Notes: generated by a model from the letters alone, not told the origin. 64,000 bases of DNA from the human T2T-CHM13v2.0 reference genome, Homo sapiens (GCF_009914755.1 NC_060934.1), one strand, 5' to 3'; positions 30,901 through 48,137 are shown, counted from the first letter of the stretch. Translations and numbers: made by a program.

Positions 30901-32924
30901 AACAACTTAAATTTGGTTGCATGCAAATATTCTAGAATTTTACTGTCCTCCCACAATTTGTCTTTGACTTTTGGTAATATGATTATAATGTGTCTTAAAG
31001 AGGACATCTTTACATTGAATCTAAGGCAGACTTTGGGCTTTGTGGATATGGATGTTCATATTTGTCCCAAGGCTTGGGAGGTTTTTAACTATTATTTTAA
31101 TAAGTAAGATTGCTGTGCCTTTCTTCATCTTTTCTCCCTCTGGAAATTGTATAATGCAAAACTTTGTCTGCTTAATGGTTTCCCATAGGTCACATAGGCT
31201 TTGCTTGCTGTTTTTCATTCTCTCTTCTTTTTTTCCCTCCTAAGCTATTTCAAAGACTTGTCTTCAAGTTCAGAACATCCTTGTTCTACTAGTGTGTTAC
31301 TGACATCCTCAATTGTATTTTTTGTTTCATTTGTTGATATCCTCAGCTACAAGATTTCTGTCTTATAAATGATATCTCTTTGTTCAAATAATTATTGAGC
31401 TCATGAATTGTTTTTTCTGATTTTATTGAATTGTGTATATTCTCTTTTATCTCATTGAGTTACCTTAAAATTATTATTTTGAATTCCTTTTTGGGCAATA
31501 TATAAATTTCCATTTTGGGTGGGGGTCAGGTACTGGAGAGTTATTGTGTTTCTTTGGTCGTATCATGTTTCTTTGCTTTTCTGTATTTCTTGTTTCCCTA
31601 TGTTGATATCTGTGCAACTGGTGGAATAATTGCTCCTTCCAATTTTATAGAATGGCTTTCAGGGGGAAATATTTTCACCTGTGTTTTAGAGTATTGGTTA
31701 GATAGGGTACCTTTACTACACCTGTGCTTTAGAGTATTGGTTAGGTAGGGTACACTGACTTTGGTTCCATTTGGGCACAGTAGTGTAGTCTCAGAGTAAT
31801 TTCTTCAGCTGTAGTCAACATCAGTAATACCTGAAGGTGTCTCATTGGCTCAGGTTATAGGAGTTTGTGCAGCTCCTTGGACAAGCTTCCCCACTGGGGG
31901 TGGGGATGCTGGGCTGTTCTGAATGCCAAGTGTGCATGAGAGCTGTTCTATTACTGGGTCAAGCGTTACCTCCCTGTCGGGGACAGAAGTGTTGGGCTGT
32001 TTCGTGTATTGAGGGTTTGTCAGGGCTGCTCCACTACCGGGTTGGGTGTGGCTTCTTTGCTGATGTTCATGGTGCCAGACTGTTTCACACACAAGGATGC
32101 ATGAGGACTGCTCTATCTCCGGGTCAGTCATGACCTCCCTGGTTGGCAAGATTGCCTATAATTTGGGGGTAAAGACATCTCATAAGCTTGGCCACCGGGG
32201 TTGCAGCAGTACCACTAGGTATAGGCTTCAAATAGCTGGGATGGTGTGCTGCAGCCACTTGAATTTGAAGACTGGAATGCCTCCTGGCAATTTATTCACA
32301 GAAGTAGATAGCTATAGCTTCTTGGATGGAGAATGGCACACTACCAAGTGGGAGCACAGTGTAGTGCCAGCAGATCCTCATGGATGGGGAGATGCAGTGG
32401 CTACTGGATCCCAGAGAAAGATGCACTCTAGTCATGGCTCCAGTCCCAAGATAGCACTTTATAGCAGCAATGTAGATATGGGAAGAGAAGGCACAATGTG
32501 CGCTCCTTCTTTGGAGCAGCATAACCATGTCAACTTCTGGCAGTGACCTTAGACTGGGCTTAGGGCCTGTGATGACTGCAGAGTTCTGTAGCATCAAAAA
32601 CTGTGGCAACTGATCTTTGATGGGGGATGCTGGGGGCCTCCTGCTTACCTTTTCTTTGCAATGGTAATTACTTCTGATTCTGAACCTCTCCCAACTGGGG
32701 AGACAGGGCAGTAAAGATAGGGTATTTTCTTCCATTTTCTATGAATCCAGTCTGAGTCCCCATGCTCTACAGGGTCACTGCTATTCCCCTGCAACACTCT
32801 GGTGCTTTCCCTCAGCTGCTGTTGTCAAAATGTGCTTGTTTATTCATTGTTTTAGTCCTTTTTCATGGAGGGAAAATACATTAAGCGTCTCTAGTCAGTT
32901 GTCTTGCTAACATCACTCCAGTCC
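27906..32924 (-). mobile_element. Ancient L1MA element retaining both ends, internally deleted, with a nested L1MA 3' fragment (about 29070-29280)
   Basis: L1MA 3'UTR at 27910, ORF2/ORF1 remnants (ORFs 29948..30202 and 31021..31218), GC-richer 5'UTR at 31800-32920; TSD gtgcttgg(g)ttttt at 27893 and 32925. Confidence 0.8.
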
Positions 32925-34729
32925 GTGCTTGGGTTTTTAACATCCCTTCTGTTAGCATAAGAGCTTATGGATAGATGTTTCTTGCCACATAGACCAAGCC
33001 TGGGTTTTGTAGAAGCTGGTGACAGCTGCTTCTAACACTGGAACATGTAAAGTTCTCGTTTGCTTTTGTATTTTTAGTGCTCAGCATTTATCAGGCGAGA
33101 AATCACTATATGCTACATTTAAAAGTATATCAATTGAAATAGAGAACTTTAAGGGACCAGATTATAACACCCCTGCCTCAAACCTAGAAGTAAATAATTA
33201 AAGTGTCGTCCTCAATGCTGTTTCACTATTAGAAAATAACATTTATTGGACTTATCAAAAGGGATGCAATTTATCAATAGAGAATATATGGCTAACTGAA
33301 GGCAATGCAGCCTCTACTGCTGACTGCTTTGTTATTTAAAATCTTCTCTAATACCCGCTCTTCTGTTACTTTGCATGGTATTCCTGGGTCCAGAGCAAAG
33401 CTAGCTTAGTTTTAATGAGACATCTGGTTCTTGACCCTGATCCCTTCAGCAATGTCTTTATATATCTCAATTTTATAGTTTCTGCAGAGGTCAGGGTCTG
33501 GCAAAGAAAATGATCCCTGATCATTTTGTACTAGTGTTATTCATTGGCTGGTCTGGCTAATCACATTCAAAGGAGAAAAAGGCAAGGAAATCACCTATTG
33601 GCTGGACTTTCCTACTGTAGGGAAGTTAGGAATTGGTTGCTGCCATTGAAACTGTATTTGCATTACAAATTTACAAACACACATGCTTGGGTGATGCTTG
33701 GGAATTGAGATGGCCTGTAATAAGATTTTGCTATCATTTTAGATATAAATTTCTCTCTATCTTTGTCTCTGGGAACCAAAGCCATTTCCCTACTTACCCA
33801 TGAACTATATACTGGGACAAAGACCAAGTAGATGGGCCATCATATATATATTCAGAAGACAAATGTCAGATGTGTAGTAAGTATTTAAAAAGACTCTATA
33901 AAATCACTACAGAAGTACAAAAGCAATCATAGTACAAGTGAGATTTCAGAAAGATGAATATTCAAAGGAAAATTGTGATCCAGTAGAAAAACATGAGCAT
34001 TTTCAATTTTTAAGGTAATTGTTCTAGACATCATTATAACCATAATGTATTTGAGGTGGTGTGGAGAAGAAATTTACTAAAGAAGAGGCATCAATAAATG
34101 TTAAGACTCATTTATTGTCTGAGCCTTTCACGTGAATATGACATTTATATAACATGACAAGCTTTGGGACTGGAGAGGAGGACTTTGAAATCTAAGACTG
34201 AAGTTATCAATGCATATGGAAAGTAGACCTACACGTATGACAGAGGGCAATAAGCTGAATATCATGAACCAAGATGTTTGCACACTTTCAAAGATAAATA
34301 CTTGTGCTGAAGCAACATTGGGGATTTAGATGAACTGCAACCCTATTTTTAGGCTTTGCCTTTTATGGGGCATTGCAAACAATGTCATCTCCTGGGAATG
34401 CTGCAAAGGAAGTAGTTTTCTTATGGAGAAAGCCAGGATTCAGATGAGGTCACCTGGTATGTTCTTTGAAGATGAGGACACAGAGAGTTGTTTCTGTTTT
34501 TGTTTTTCAAGTAAAATAAGGATTGAGGGCATATTTACATTTTTGGGAGGAAAACACAGCAGCATGAAGATTAATAATAGAGGAAAAACATAAAGCATTA
34601 TGGGATGAGACTGGCACTTGGCTGGGGCTGCACTTTGTAAATGGCAGAAATGTGAGAGATTGTAAAATTAAGTAGCATTAAATTGCCAAATGGGACTCTC
34701 TAGCCAAGTTCAGGCACTGTCATAACAGA

Positions 34730-34915
34730 CTAAACCTAGTTAATCATCAGAATCACATCAGGGAGTGATTGATTCTGGGCTTCACTCCAGTGATAGATGG
34801 GAATCACTGTAAATGGAGCCTGAATTTTAAATAAGATTCTCAGGATTTTTTTTTTTTTTTTTTATGAAGCCAGTAGAGCTCAGGCTTAAAAACAGGACTA
34901 GCATTTGGGAACCAC
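34730..34915. mobile_element. MER5-like hAT fragment
   Basis: catcagaatcac...ggagcctgaattttaaataag...ttgggaaccac. Confidence 0.45.
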
Positions 34916-36119
34916 AAGGTCTGGTATCCTGCTGATGATTGTACTTGGGGCAGAGTCCCAGCTAACTAGAATGAGTAGTTTTAGTCTCATGCAATCCTGG
35001 TGGTGGTGGTTGGGGCAGGGGTGGAGGGAGCATCGGAGACATGCCGTTCAGCATCTTCTGGACATCGTCATCAGAAAATCCTATACCTATGGAGGATAGG
35101 GATAGGGCTTCTTGGATTTGGATGCAAGAAAACAGGCAAGTTTGCTTAAATCACTTAAGGAAATGGAGGAGATAATTATGGAAAAGGTTCATCACCCCCA
35201 GTACTGTTAGAGTCGGGGACCAAGGAATTTATTTTTTTGTATCTGCCTTACTACCTTACGCTTGTCACTTTATGGCTATAAGATGACCGTTAAAGGCCTG
35301 TACATCTCAAATTTTGGGCAGGAAGAAGGTAGAAATAAGAAGGGGCAATGTTTTTGGCCATATCATTGGCTTGACTATTTTATCTGGATAACTTTAGTTG
35401 CTAGGCAGGCTAACAAAACTGAATATTTAGCTTTTAGCCTTTGGAATAGAGGTAAGTAAGGAGAACAGATTTATGAGTGGAATAAGCAAATATATTTGCT
35501 ACAGAAACTGAAAATCAACAATGTTTAGAAGTAAACTCCAATTTTCTTTCAAAATCTGTTCCCTCTCGTTCATTCCCTGTTTTAGTCATTGGCAGTTGTT
35601 TTTTCTCACTCAAAAAGTTAAGAGTAATTTTTACATATTCTTCTCTTTTTTTCACCTTTATATCAATTTGGCTAAAAAATATTATTGAGGGAATGTCCTA
35701 CCTTATTTCTTAAATTTTCTCCTCTTATTTATTACTATTATTTATCCAACCCTGACTTTGTTCCAGCCCACATTTTTTTTCCCCTATGGGATATTTTTTT
35801 TCTTCCAATTTTAATGTATTCTACTCAACAATCTACTTCCAACAGATTATACTTTATAACAGACACCTATGGCCAGGTCTCCACTTCTCATAAATCCATC
35901 AATAAGTCTTACTGCCTCCAGGACAGAATTCAAATATTTTATCATGATATTAGCTCCTCACGATACTGCTCTTTTTCAGTAGTCCAATGTCCTCCTTCAC
36001 AATTCCCCCAAGAATCCCATACTCTGGTCAAAACAAATTACTTGTGAGTTCAGCAACGCAGTGTCCTCTAATTCCTGGGTATTATGCAAACCTCTTTTCC
36101 TCTGCCCGAAAGCCTCATT

Positions 36120-36365
36120 CCATGACTTTTCTTTTTCTTCTTCTTCTCATTTTTCCTCTCCTTCATCCTCTCCCTATACTCCCCACCTTCTCTTCCCTCT
36201 TTTCTCCCCATTCCTCTCCCCTCTGTCCTCCTCCTACATTTCTCCTCCCTCCTTCCTCCACCTCCCTTGCCTTCTTCCTCTCCTTTCCTTTTTCTTCCTT
36301 CTTCTCCCTTCTGCCTTCTTTGTTCCTTCCTTTTCTTTCTTTCTTTCTTTTTTTTCTTTGTTTTT
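36120..36365 (+). repeat. Polypyrimidine (CT-rich) low-complexity tract within an L2 remnant
   Basis: About 245 nt, almost exclusively C/T. Confidence 0.85.
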
Positions 36366-36484
36366 GATATGTCCTTCCACCATTTATGCTCAGGTTTCTG
36401 AGCAAAAGTTTCTTGTGAGTTGAGGTTTCTTGTGCAGGGAATTTTCCCTTGTAGACTATCCCTCCACATTGCCACTACCACCCC

Positions 36485-36486
<2 letters not shown>

Positions 36487-36526
<40 letters not shown>

Positions 36527-36541
36527 ACACACACAGACACA
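36487..36541 (+). repeat. (CA)n microsatellite
   Basis: Direct reading. Confidence 0.95.
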
Positions 36542-37085
36542 TGTGTATTGATTTATCTCCATGACTAAATTCTAAGTGCCTTGAGGCATAGTTCCTACCC
36601 TGTCTAATTCATTTGTGGACCCTAGAACAGAACAAGCACTTAATAAATACAGATTGACCAAATGATTGAACAAAGAACATGTGCAGTTATTCAAATGCCA
36701 AATATTTGAGATTTTGGATTATTTCTTCTTCCTTGTGAGATACATATGCTCTATTCCATAAAAAAGCAGATTTAAATAAAATATCAGGGGAAGATGTTTT
36801 TAACAGTACTTACATTTGTGCTAAGAATATTATATTATTTCTAGGTTTTTGTTTTAGTATGAAAAATGAAGCTAAGTCCTCAAACTATATAATGAGGCTT
36901 TATTGAAGAAGAATTAATCTGGGCCAAGCATTTCCCATATTTTAATAGACATACAGGTACTTTTGCCATATTATAACAGAAATATTGTATTTAGAAATGA
37001 GTGGACTTAAAGAAAATGAGTGGACTTAAGTTCTAACATAGCCGTCTTGTGGTAAGTCTTTTTGGTTTATAGAAATGATTGTTTA

Positions 37086-37320
37086 GGAGGCTGAGGTGGG
37101 CAGATCACTTGAGGTCAGGAGTTCGAGACCAGCCTGGCCAACATGGTGAAACCCCATCTCTACTAAAAATACAAAAATTAGCTGGGCATGATGGCGTGCA
37201 GCTGTAATCCCAGCTACTCCAGAGGGTTGAACCTGGGAGGTGGAGGTTGCAGTGAGCTGAGACGGCACCACTGCACTCCAGCCTAGGTGACAAAAAAAGA
37301 CTCTGTCCTGGAAAAAAAAA
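37086..37320 (+). mobile_element. 5'-truncated AluS with an internal deletion
   Basis: Alu consensus match. Confidence 0.9.
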
Positions 37321-37399
37321 TGATATTTAGATTTCCTAAAAAGACTTCTTTTCACATACGTGGACCACTATGCACCTGCCCTACACACCTCAGGGCTAG

Positions 37400-37782
37400 T
37401 ATATTAGTCTATTATGGCTGCCATAACAAAGTACCTCAGACTGTGTTACTCAAACAATAGAAATTTATTTTTTCTTGATTATTGAGGCCAGACATCCAAG
37501 TTCAAAATGTCAGCAGGATTGATTGAGTTTTGTGTCCTTTCTTCTTGGCTTATAGATGGCTGTTTTCTCCCTGTGTCTTCACATGGTCATTCTATACCTG
37601 ACTATGACCTAAACTCTAGTTTAAGTACACCAGCCATATTGGATTAGGGCCACCCTGGTTACCTCATTTTACCTTAGTTAGCTCTATAAAGGCTGTATTT
37701 CCAAATACAGTCACTTTCAGTAGTACTTTGGGTTAACAGTTCAACATAGGAATTTTGGGAGGCATGATTTAGCCCATAATAA
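37400..37782. mobile_element. MLT1A/B-like MaLR LTR
   Basis: tattagtct...ggctgccataacaaagtacc...ccagccatattggattagggc. Confidence 0.75.
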
Positions 37783-38019
37783 CCAAGTTCCAGACAACTA
37801 GAAACAGCTTCTATGTTCTAGGGCCTGCTGACATCATTAAAACTAGCCAGTCCTAGGCTTGCTTACCCTGCCTCCCCTGCTTCTTCTCCTAGAAACCAGA
37901 AGAAAGTTTCTTACCCACAATTCACTCCTCTTCCTCTGCCTCCTGACTGACGCTGGGACTTTCCCACGTGCTCCCTCTTCTTGGAGAGGAGGTGTCTAGA
38001 GACACCCAAGAGGAGGTCT

Positions 38020-38135
38020 ATACTCTGGGTGACCAAATAATCTGTATAACAGACCCCCATGACACGAATTTACCTATATAACAAACCCACATATGTACCC
38101 CGAAGTTAAAATAAAAGCTTTTTTTTTTAAAAGTA
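38020..38135 (+). mobile_element. Short L1P 3' end
   Basis: ctgggtgac.aaataatctgta.aaca.acccccatgacacg...aaaataaaag. Confidence 0.75.
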
Positions 38136-38313
38136 AAAAACAACTCATAGAGCTGAATACTGGAAAATAGGAACTTTACCATATGTAAATTTATAAATAA
38201 ATTTGAAAATGAAATGACCAACTTTTAAAGTTGAATAATTCTGAGATGAGGAAGTTTATAATATATGGCTTATTTATTATACTCTTATTTATGAAAATGA
38301 AACTATTATTTTA

Positions 38314-38603
<290 letters not shown>

Positions 38604-39444
38604 TTATTTATAAAACTGCTTAGTATTAGGTATTTTCACAGTTTCTGAACACTTTGCAAGTTGGACAATAAAACTAATTTTTAATATGAAAGAAATTGTT
38701 TAGCCTATTTCCAGATTTTCAAACAATACCGTTCTAACCTCTGCCCCTTCCAAGATATGAAATTTTATTGTACATTTATTGAAAAGAGGATCACTTTAGA
38801 TTTTACCAAAGTAGCTAGTATGAAAAAAAAATCAAGCCTTGCTATTGTGATTAAATAAGAACATGTTTAATCACTGATTCTTGAATAACACTGATTCTTA
38901 AAGAAACAGCTGATTATAATTTTGTATAACGATTTCATGCTGTGGCTCACAATCAGAATATTTTGAATATTCTGTGAATATTTTTAGATTGGTTTTTCAG
39001 GACTTTGCCTAAGTCTCATTTGTAAAGCCCTCAAATATACCAATCATCCCTTTATTAGAATCTGAATGATGCATATATATTATCCAGTTAAATAACTAAG
39101 GAGCTTTTTTATTTTAGTAGCTTCCAGTTTTCTTTTAAGAGACAGTAACTGTTCCTTCCTTGAAATCCACTACAAATAAGGATAACTGACACATTGTCTA
39201 AAACCTCTGGAGTAAAAACTGGATGTCAATTATAACTTTTACCACAATGGCCTTGAGACTTGGACTTCATTTTCTACCCTCTGAGAGAGTCGGGACAATT
39301 TCATTTAATCTGTTTGTGCAAGATAAGATTTGAAGGATGGCAGGCCCTAGACATGTGACTTCAGTGGTACAGACACCTTGAAATGGTTGGCAAAGCCTTA
39401 TTCCACTAATCATGTATCACTGATGGAGGATTTGAAAACCCCTA

Positions 39445-39984
<540 letters not shown>

Positions 39985-40900
39985 TTATGGTTGTAAATTC
40001 CAGTTTTCAGGCCAAAGGTAGTTAAAGTGGTAGACACTGGTGAAAGAAATGTAATACATTTGACAAGAGCTACGTTTTTAATTCCATGCAATTTGTACTC
40101 AACTGTTTTGCTATTTTTGTTTATAGTACTTCTGGGTTTTTTTTTTTGTCTTGTGTAAATAGTGATGAATTAGAGATAATATACAACATTTAACTGAACT
40201 ATGACCAATATTTAGTTATGTAGCTCTAGGGACAGAAGATTTGTAGCTATTATATGAATCTACAAAAATTACAGTTTTAATTGTTTCATGGTAATCGTTA
40301 TTGTGCAATCTTAGCTTCATTTATTGCCAACATTCCCTTAGTTGCATATGCAGCTTTGTTTTCAGTGCATCTTACATTCAAGAGGATTTGCATATTCATC
40401 ATTTGTAAACTCCCATTATGAGAAACCAGATTGTGGATGCATTCATAAATCATTTCCATAACCAATTGCTTCAGTTTTATCACAAATAAAAGTGAACATG
40501 ATGTATATTGAGTCTACAATGTTTTAAAATTTTTCATCAGGTTGTTCTTAGGCCATTTATTCATTTATCAAACAAGTATACATTGAGCACCTATTATGCC
40601 AATAAGTTTTTTAGATAGTCGTGTGATAGCGGTGAAAAAGCAAATAGTAATCATTGCGTTCACCAAGCTTACAATTTAGTCAGGGAGAAAAATGGCACTA
40701 AGCAAATAAATAAAAAATATAGTTTATGTCAAGTGGTGATATTTGCTATGGAGAACAGTAAAGCAAAAAACTGTGATAAGAAGTTCTAGAAATGAGGATG
40801 AGATGGTGATGTTTAAATAGTCAGTATGGTCACATTAAAACATATCACCTGAGAAAAATAGCCAAACAGTAGAGGAAATAAGCCATGTGAATATTAGATA

Positions 40901-41500
40901 TGTTGACAAAAAGAGTCAAGCTCTGTAAAATATTAAAAGAGATTTATTCTGAGCCAAACATGAGTGATCGATGGCTCATGACACAGTCCTCAGGAGATCC
41001 TGAGAACAGGTGCCCAAGGTGGTTGGGCTACAAGTTGGTTTTACACAATTTGGGGAGACATAAAATATCAATCAATGAATGCAAGATGTACATTGGTTGA
41101 GTTTAGAAAGGCAGAACAACTGGAAGAGGGGGCTTCCAGGTCATAGGTGGATTCATAGATTTTCTGGTTGACCATTGGTTGAGTTATTATCTGAAGACCT
41201 GGAATCAATAGAAAGTAATGTGTAAGTTACAATAAGAGCTCGTAGAGACCAAGGTTTTATCATGTAGATGAAGCCTCCAGATAGCAAGCTTCAGAGAAAA
41301 TAGACTGTAGATGTTTCTTATCATACTTAGTTTGTTCTACCAGTAATTGCAAAAGGGAGGAGGGTATAATGAGGCATGTCTGGCTTCACTTTCCCATCAT
41401 GGCCTGAACTAGTTTTACAGGTTAACTTCGGAATGTCTGTAGATGAGAGGAGGAGTCCATTCAGATGGTTGGGGCTTAGGATTTAATTTTTTTATTTATA
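40901..41500 (-). mobile_element. MER4-family LTR
   Basis: gagatttattctgagccaaa.atgagtga...cctcaggagatcctgagaaca.gtgcccaaggtgg. Confidence 0.75.
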
Positions 41501-41966
41501 TATCCAGCTATAAATGCAGAGGCCTTGAGGAAAGAGGCCTTGGTTTATATGAGGAAGGTCATAGTAAGGCATTGATGTTTACTTCATATAGGATGAAAAC
41601 CCATGGAAGGGCTTTAAGCAGAGGAGACATGATCTGACCCTCAAGATTATAGTGGAGCAGGGACAAGGACAGAAAGACAAATTAAGAAGTTACTAAGATG
41701 ATCAGGAAAGAGATGATGTTTCCTGAGCCAGAGTTGGTAGTAGTAGTGGAGGTCATAAGATGTAGTTGGATTCTGGATGTGTTTTATTGATAATGCAGAA
41801 ATTTGCTGATGGATTGCATGTTTGGTGAGAGAGAGAGAAAGAGATGAGTCATGGAAGACCCCAAATTTCTCGCCTTAACTAGAAGGATGGAGTTTCATTA
41901 ACTGGGATAAGAAAGGCTGTGGGAAGAGAAAGTTTATGTTGAGAAAAATCAGAGGTTTATTGAGGT

Positions 41967-42648
41967 AGTAACCGCCCAAGGGGTTCACCTTGCCAGCTGC
42001 CTGGGCAGAGCCAATTCATCAAGATGGGAATTGCAATAGAGAAAGAGTAATTCACGCAGAGCCGGCTATGTGGGAGACTGGAGTTATATTATCATGCAAA
42101 TCAGTCTCGCTGAGCATTCAGGGATCAGAGTTTTTAAGGATAACTTGGTGGGTTGGGGGAAGCCAGTGAGCCAGGAGTGCTGACTGGTCAGAGATGAAAT
42201 CACAGGAAGTCGGAGCTGTCTTCTTGTGCTCAGTCGGTTCCTGGGTTGAGGCCACAAGATCAGATGAGCCAATTTATTGACCTGGATGGTGCCAGTTGAT
42301 CCATCAAGTGCCGGTTCTGTGAAATATGTCAAGCACTGATCTTAGAAGCAGTTTAGGGAGGGTCAGAATCTTGTAGCCTCCAGCTGCATGACTCCTAAAC
42401 TATAATTTCTATTCTTGTGACTAATGTTAGTCCTACAAAGGCAGTCTAGTCCCCAGACAAGAAAGAGGTCTGCTTTGGGAAAGGGCTGTTACCATCCTTG
42501 TTTAAACTATAAACTAAGTTCCTCCCAAAGTTAGTCCAGTCTCCACCCAGGAATGAGCAAGGACAGCTTGGAAGTTAGAAGCAAGATGGAGTCGATTAAA
42601 TTAGATCTCTTTCACTGTCTCAGTCATACTTTTGCAAAGGCGGTTTCA
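41967..42648 (-). mobile_element. LTR8 solo LTR
   Basis: Minus strand TGAAACCGCCTTTGCAAAA...ggcaaggtgaacccc.tgggcggttac; near-TSD aggt/agat. Confidence 0.8.
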
Positions 42649-43139
42649 AGATTTAGACCTATTTCTGTGACCCGAGGGAAGAGGCTTAAGTCAGTAGCAG
42701 GATACTGCTGGAGTGTAGAGTTGGAGTCCACAAAAATTTTGGGCCTGAGGTATAATTTTATGAGTCACCAGCATTTAGGAAAGGGTTTAATAGCATGTGA
42801 CTAGCTGATATTAACAAGGTTGTGGGTGTGTAGAGAGGAGAAGAGATGGAGGGACTGAGCTTCCAGGCAGTCTCATGTTGAGCAGATGAGGGAAAACCAC
42901 AAGAGAGACTGAGAAAAAAAATAGGTGGTAACACAATCAGAAAACCAGAAAAGAGTTTTATGCAAAAGCCTGGTGAAGAAAATATTTCAAGAAAAAGGGA
43001 GGGATCAGCTCTGTCCAATATTACTGATATGTCAAATATGTTGATGAAAAAAATTAAATATGAGATTTAGCAATATAGAGGTCAATCTTGATATATGCAG
43101 TTTCAGGGGAGTGGTAAAGGTGACGAAAAAACAAACAAA

Positions 43140-43436
43140 CAAATAAGGAATAATATACTGATCCATGCTACAACATGGATGAACCTCAAAAACATTTTGC
43201 TGAGTGAAAGGAACCAAGCACAAAGGCTACAGCCTGCATGATTCCATTTATGTGAAATAGCAGAGTCGGCAAATCCATAGAGATAGAAAGCAGATGTAGT
43301 GGCTGCCAGGGTAGGGGGAGAAGAGAGAATGGTGAAGTGACTGATGGGTACAGGTGATGAAAATGTCTTGGAATTAGGTAGTTTGATGATTGCACAACAT
43401 TTCAAATTTAATAAAAGCCACTGACTTGTACACTTT
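43140..43436 (+). mobile_element. L1MB 3' fragment (continues at about 44034-44110)
   Basis: ctacaacatggatgaacctcaaaaacatt.tgctgagtgaaag. Confidence 0.75.
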
Positions 43437-44033
<597 letters not shown>

Positions 44034-45312
44034 ACTTGTACACTTTAAAATAGATAAAATGGAAATGGTTAATGATATGTTTTGTGAAGTTTATCTCAAT
44101 TAAAAAAACTGTTATTGACATAGGTTCAAGAGAGAATAGGAGGGGAAAGAACTGGTGTTTGAGTCAGTGTGAGAATAGGCAGAACTTTGAGAAGTTAGTT
44201 GGAGAAGGTTGTCGGATCAGGAGAATGTTTTTCTAAGATGGATGAAGTTTTGGCCATTTAGGTCCTGAAGGAAATGATCTTGTAGAGAAAGAGAACACAT
44301 CGTTGAAATGAGAGGAGAGGAAATTGGCAGTATGATTCCTTAAATAGCCGAGCAGAGATGAAATTTCTGTCTAAATGGAAGACGTCATCCAGAGAAGGGC
44401 ATGGAGAGTTGACCCGCTCCTACAGGGGGCAAAGCATGTGGACAGCTGGCCAGTGAGATTGATGATGGGACTTGTAAAGTTTTCTTCTGATTTCTCTCAT
44501 TTTCCCAATGAAATGTGAAGCAAGGTGGTGAGCTGAGAATGACAATAGGGAAGGAAGAGCTGGAAGTTAAAAGAGGGAATAGAAAGCTTTGAATAGTTGT
44601 CTAGGAAAGCGGAAAAGGAAAGAATGAGGGTCACCCTGATGCCAATGGAGTGAGTAGTCATGAATACGAAGTCATTTCAGTCTGCATGATTGTGAACAAA
44701 GTGAAATCTGCATGATTTCTTCACTCATTCAGCTGCACAGATACAGGCTAGAGTAAGTGAAGGGATGTATTTTCTAGAGTTTTTGCCATGAGAGTATGGA
44801 GAAGTATGAGCATGGCCAGGGAGTGATTGCTTGTCTGACATCTCTAATAAAGGAAATGAAGACAAGATAGGTGAGGGAAATAACTGAAAATAATTTAGGA
44901 TCCTGGGCTTGTAGAACCTGGCGCAGCTGAAATATTGTTAGAGTAGAGATATGAAAAGAAGTGAGCTGGACAGATAGGGCTGATGGTTGGGGAGTGGACC
45001 ACTTGAAATGAAGACAAGGAAACGTTATCATCATTAGTAATGGTAATACTCCTTTTGAAGAGTGGTGGCAAAGGTTGTTTTTCATCAAAGTTCTCCTTCA
45101 AAGTCATCAATAAGAAGAGATCAAGAAACTGAGAAGCAAATAAAAGTGAATATTTACATGACAGAGAATGACAGTGAGCTCAGAGCTAGAATGTTCAGGT
45201 GTTGAGGGGCAGGGCATCCTCAGGGCTCACCTACAGTGTCTGTAGGTGATTGTAACAAGCTGGAACAGTGAGGGGTGCCATTTGACATGAGAGTCAAAGC
45301 TTGGGTATTTAG

Positions 45313-45728
<416 letters not shown>

Positions 45729-45990
45729 ACAGGCACAATTTGAGAAAGCTCCAGAGAAAGCAGTTCCAGGGAAGATCCACCTTCCAGGTTTAAGGGGCGC
45801 CATATCTTGTATTGGACACATGTACAACTGTCCTTCAAATAGTAGACTCTGAGTTCCAACATTAGGGCAATTTTTTTACTCCTATGAAGGATTGGCTTTG
45901 GGGCTTGCCTGTCATTATGGAGATATGATTAAAATTCTGAAACATTGGCATAGTTGTTTTGTTCTGTTTTTCTCTGTCTCTATTTGAGTG

Positions 45991-45997
45991 GTGTGTA

Positions 45998-46036
<39 letters not shown>

Positions 46037-46042
46037 AAGAGA
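45991..46042 (+). repeat. (TG)n(GA)n compound microsatellite
   Basis: Direct reading. Confidence 0.95.
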
Positions 46043-46120
46043 TAGGGTTACCTAAAGGGTGATGATACCATAAAGAGAAATTGGTTACAGAGTGCTTTGT
46101 AGAATGAATATTAACATTAA

Positions 46121-46297
<177 letters not shown>

Positions 46298-46619
46298 TAA
46301 ATTGAGATATTCACTTTTCTGGTATATATGCAATATGTGAGACTCAGACCACTCACAGGAAAGTGCACGCGCCAACCTTTGTTGACATTAATGTCCTAGT
46401 TTTAGCTGGAGTGTTTTTGGGAGGCTGTGGTGGTTTATACTAAATATATCAATTTAAGGCGATGTCATTTTGTGAAACAAACTAAAGCCACTGTGGAATG
46501 ATATGCAATGTTTCTTCTATAAAATTTCAGTGTGATTATGAATAGTAAATAATTTAAACTAACTAATCTAATCCCATAAAGTAGATAAGGTAAAATATAA
46601 AGCCATTTTAAAAATCGTT

Positions 46620-46919
<300 letters not shown>

Positions 46920-47190
46920 TTAAAACATATTGTGACTGAAGTGGTGACACATACAACAAAAACTAGGAATCTCCTTTTTCTATGGCAATGGGTCACATTT
47001 GAGAGGATATTGTACATGTGGATCAACTGAGAAATTTTTGCAAAATGGAGTTGCTGGTACACTCGAAGGCTTATTGAATCCAAACTTGCAGATATAAATT
47101 AGTGTGTGCTGATGTGTATGTGTGTATATAAGCTTTTTGGTTGATTACAACACATAACTTGGTTAAGCAGCCACTCTAGCAGACTAATAG

Positions 47191-47454
<264 letters not shown>

Positions 47455-47540
47455 TGAATATACTGAGTATATTTTATTGAAAATACATTCTGCCAAAGGA
47501 GCTGAAGGTGAAAATAACAATTATGTTTCCAACAGTGTAA

Positions 47541-47942
<402 letters not shown>

Positions 47943-47954
47943 AGTCGGCCAGCT

Positions 47955-48015
47955 CTTTCTTTCTCTTTCTTTCTTTCTTTCTTTCTTTCCTTCCTTCCTT
48001 CCTTCCTTCCTTCCT

Positions 48016-48071
<56 letters not shown>

Positions 48072-48137
48072 TCCTTCCTTCCTTCCTTCCATCCATGCTT
48101 CCTTCCTTCCTTCTTTCTTTCTTTCTTTCTCTCTTTC
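47955..48137 (+). repeat. (TTTC)n/(TTCC)n tetranucleotide STR
   Basis: Direct reading. Confidence 0.95.

Noticed and set aside
31850-32735. Overlapping 88-149 aa ORFs in GC-richer sequence
   Set aside because: They lie in the decayed 5'UTR of the ancient L1MA and have no recognisable protein motif
36061-36481. Several 80-137 aa ORFs on both strands
   Set aside because: They are translations of a CT/GA low-complexity tract, with no domain or splice support
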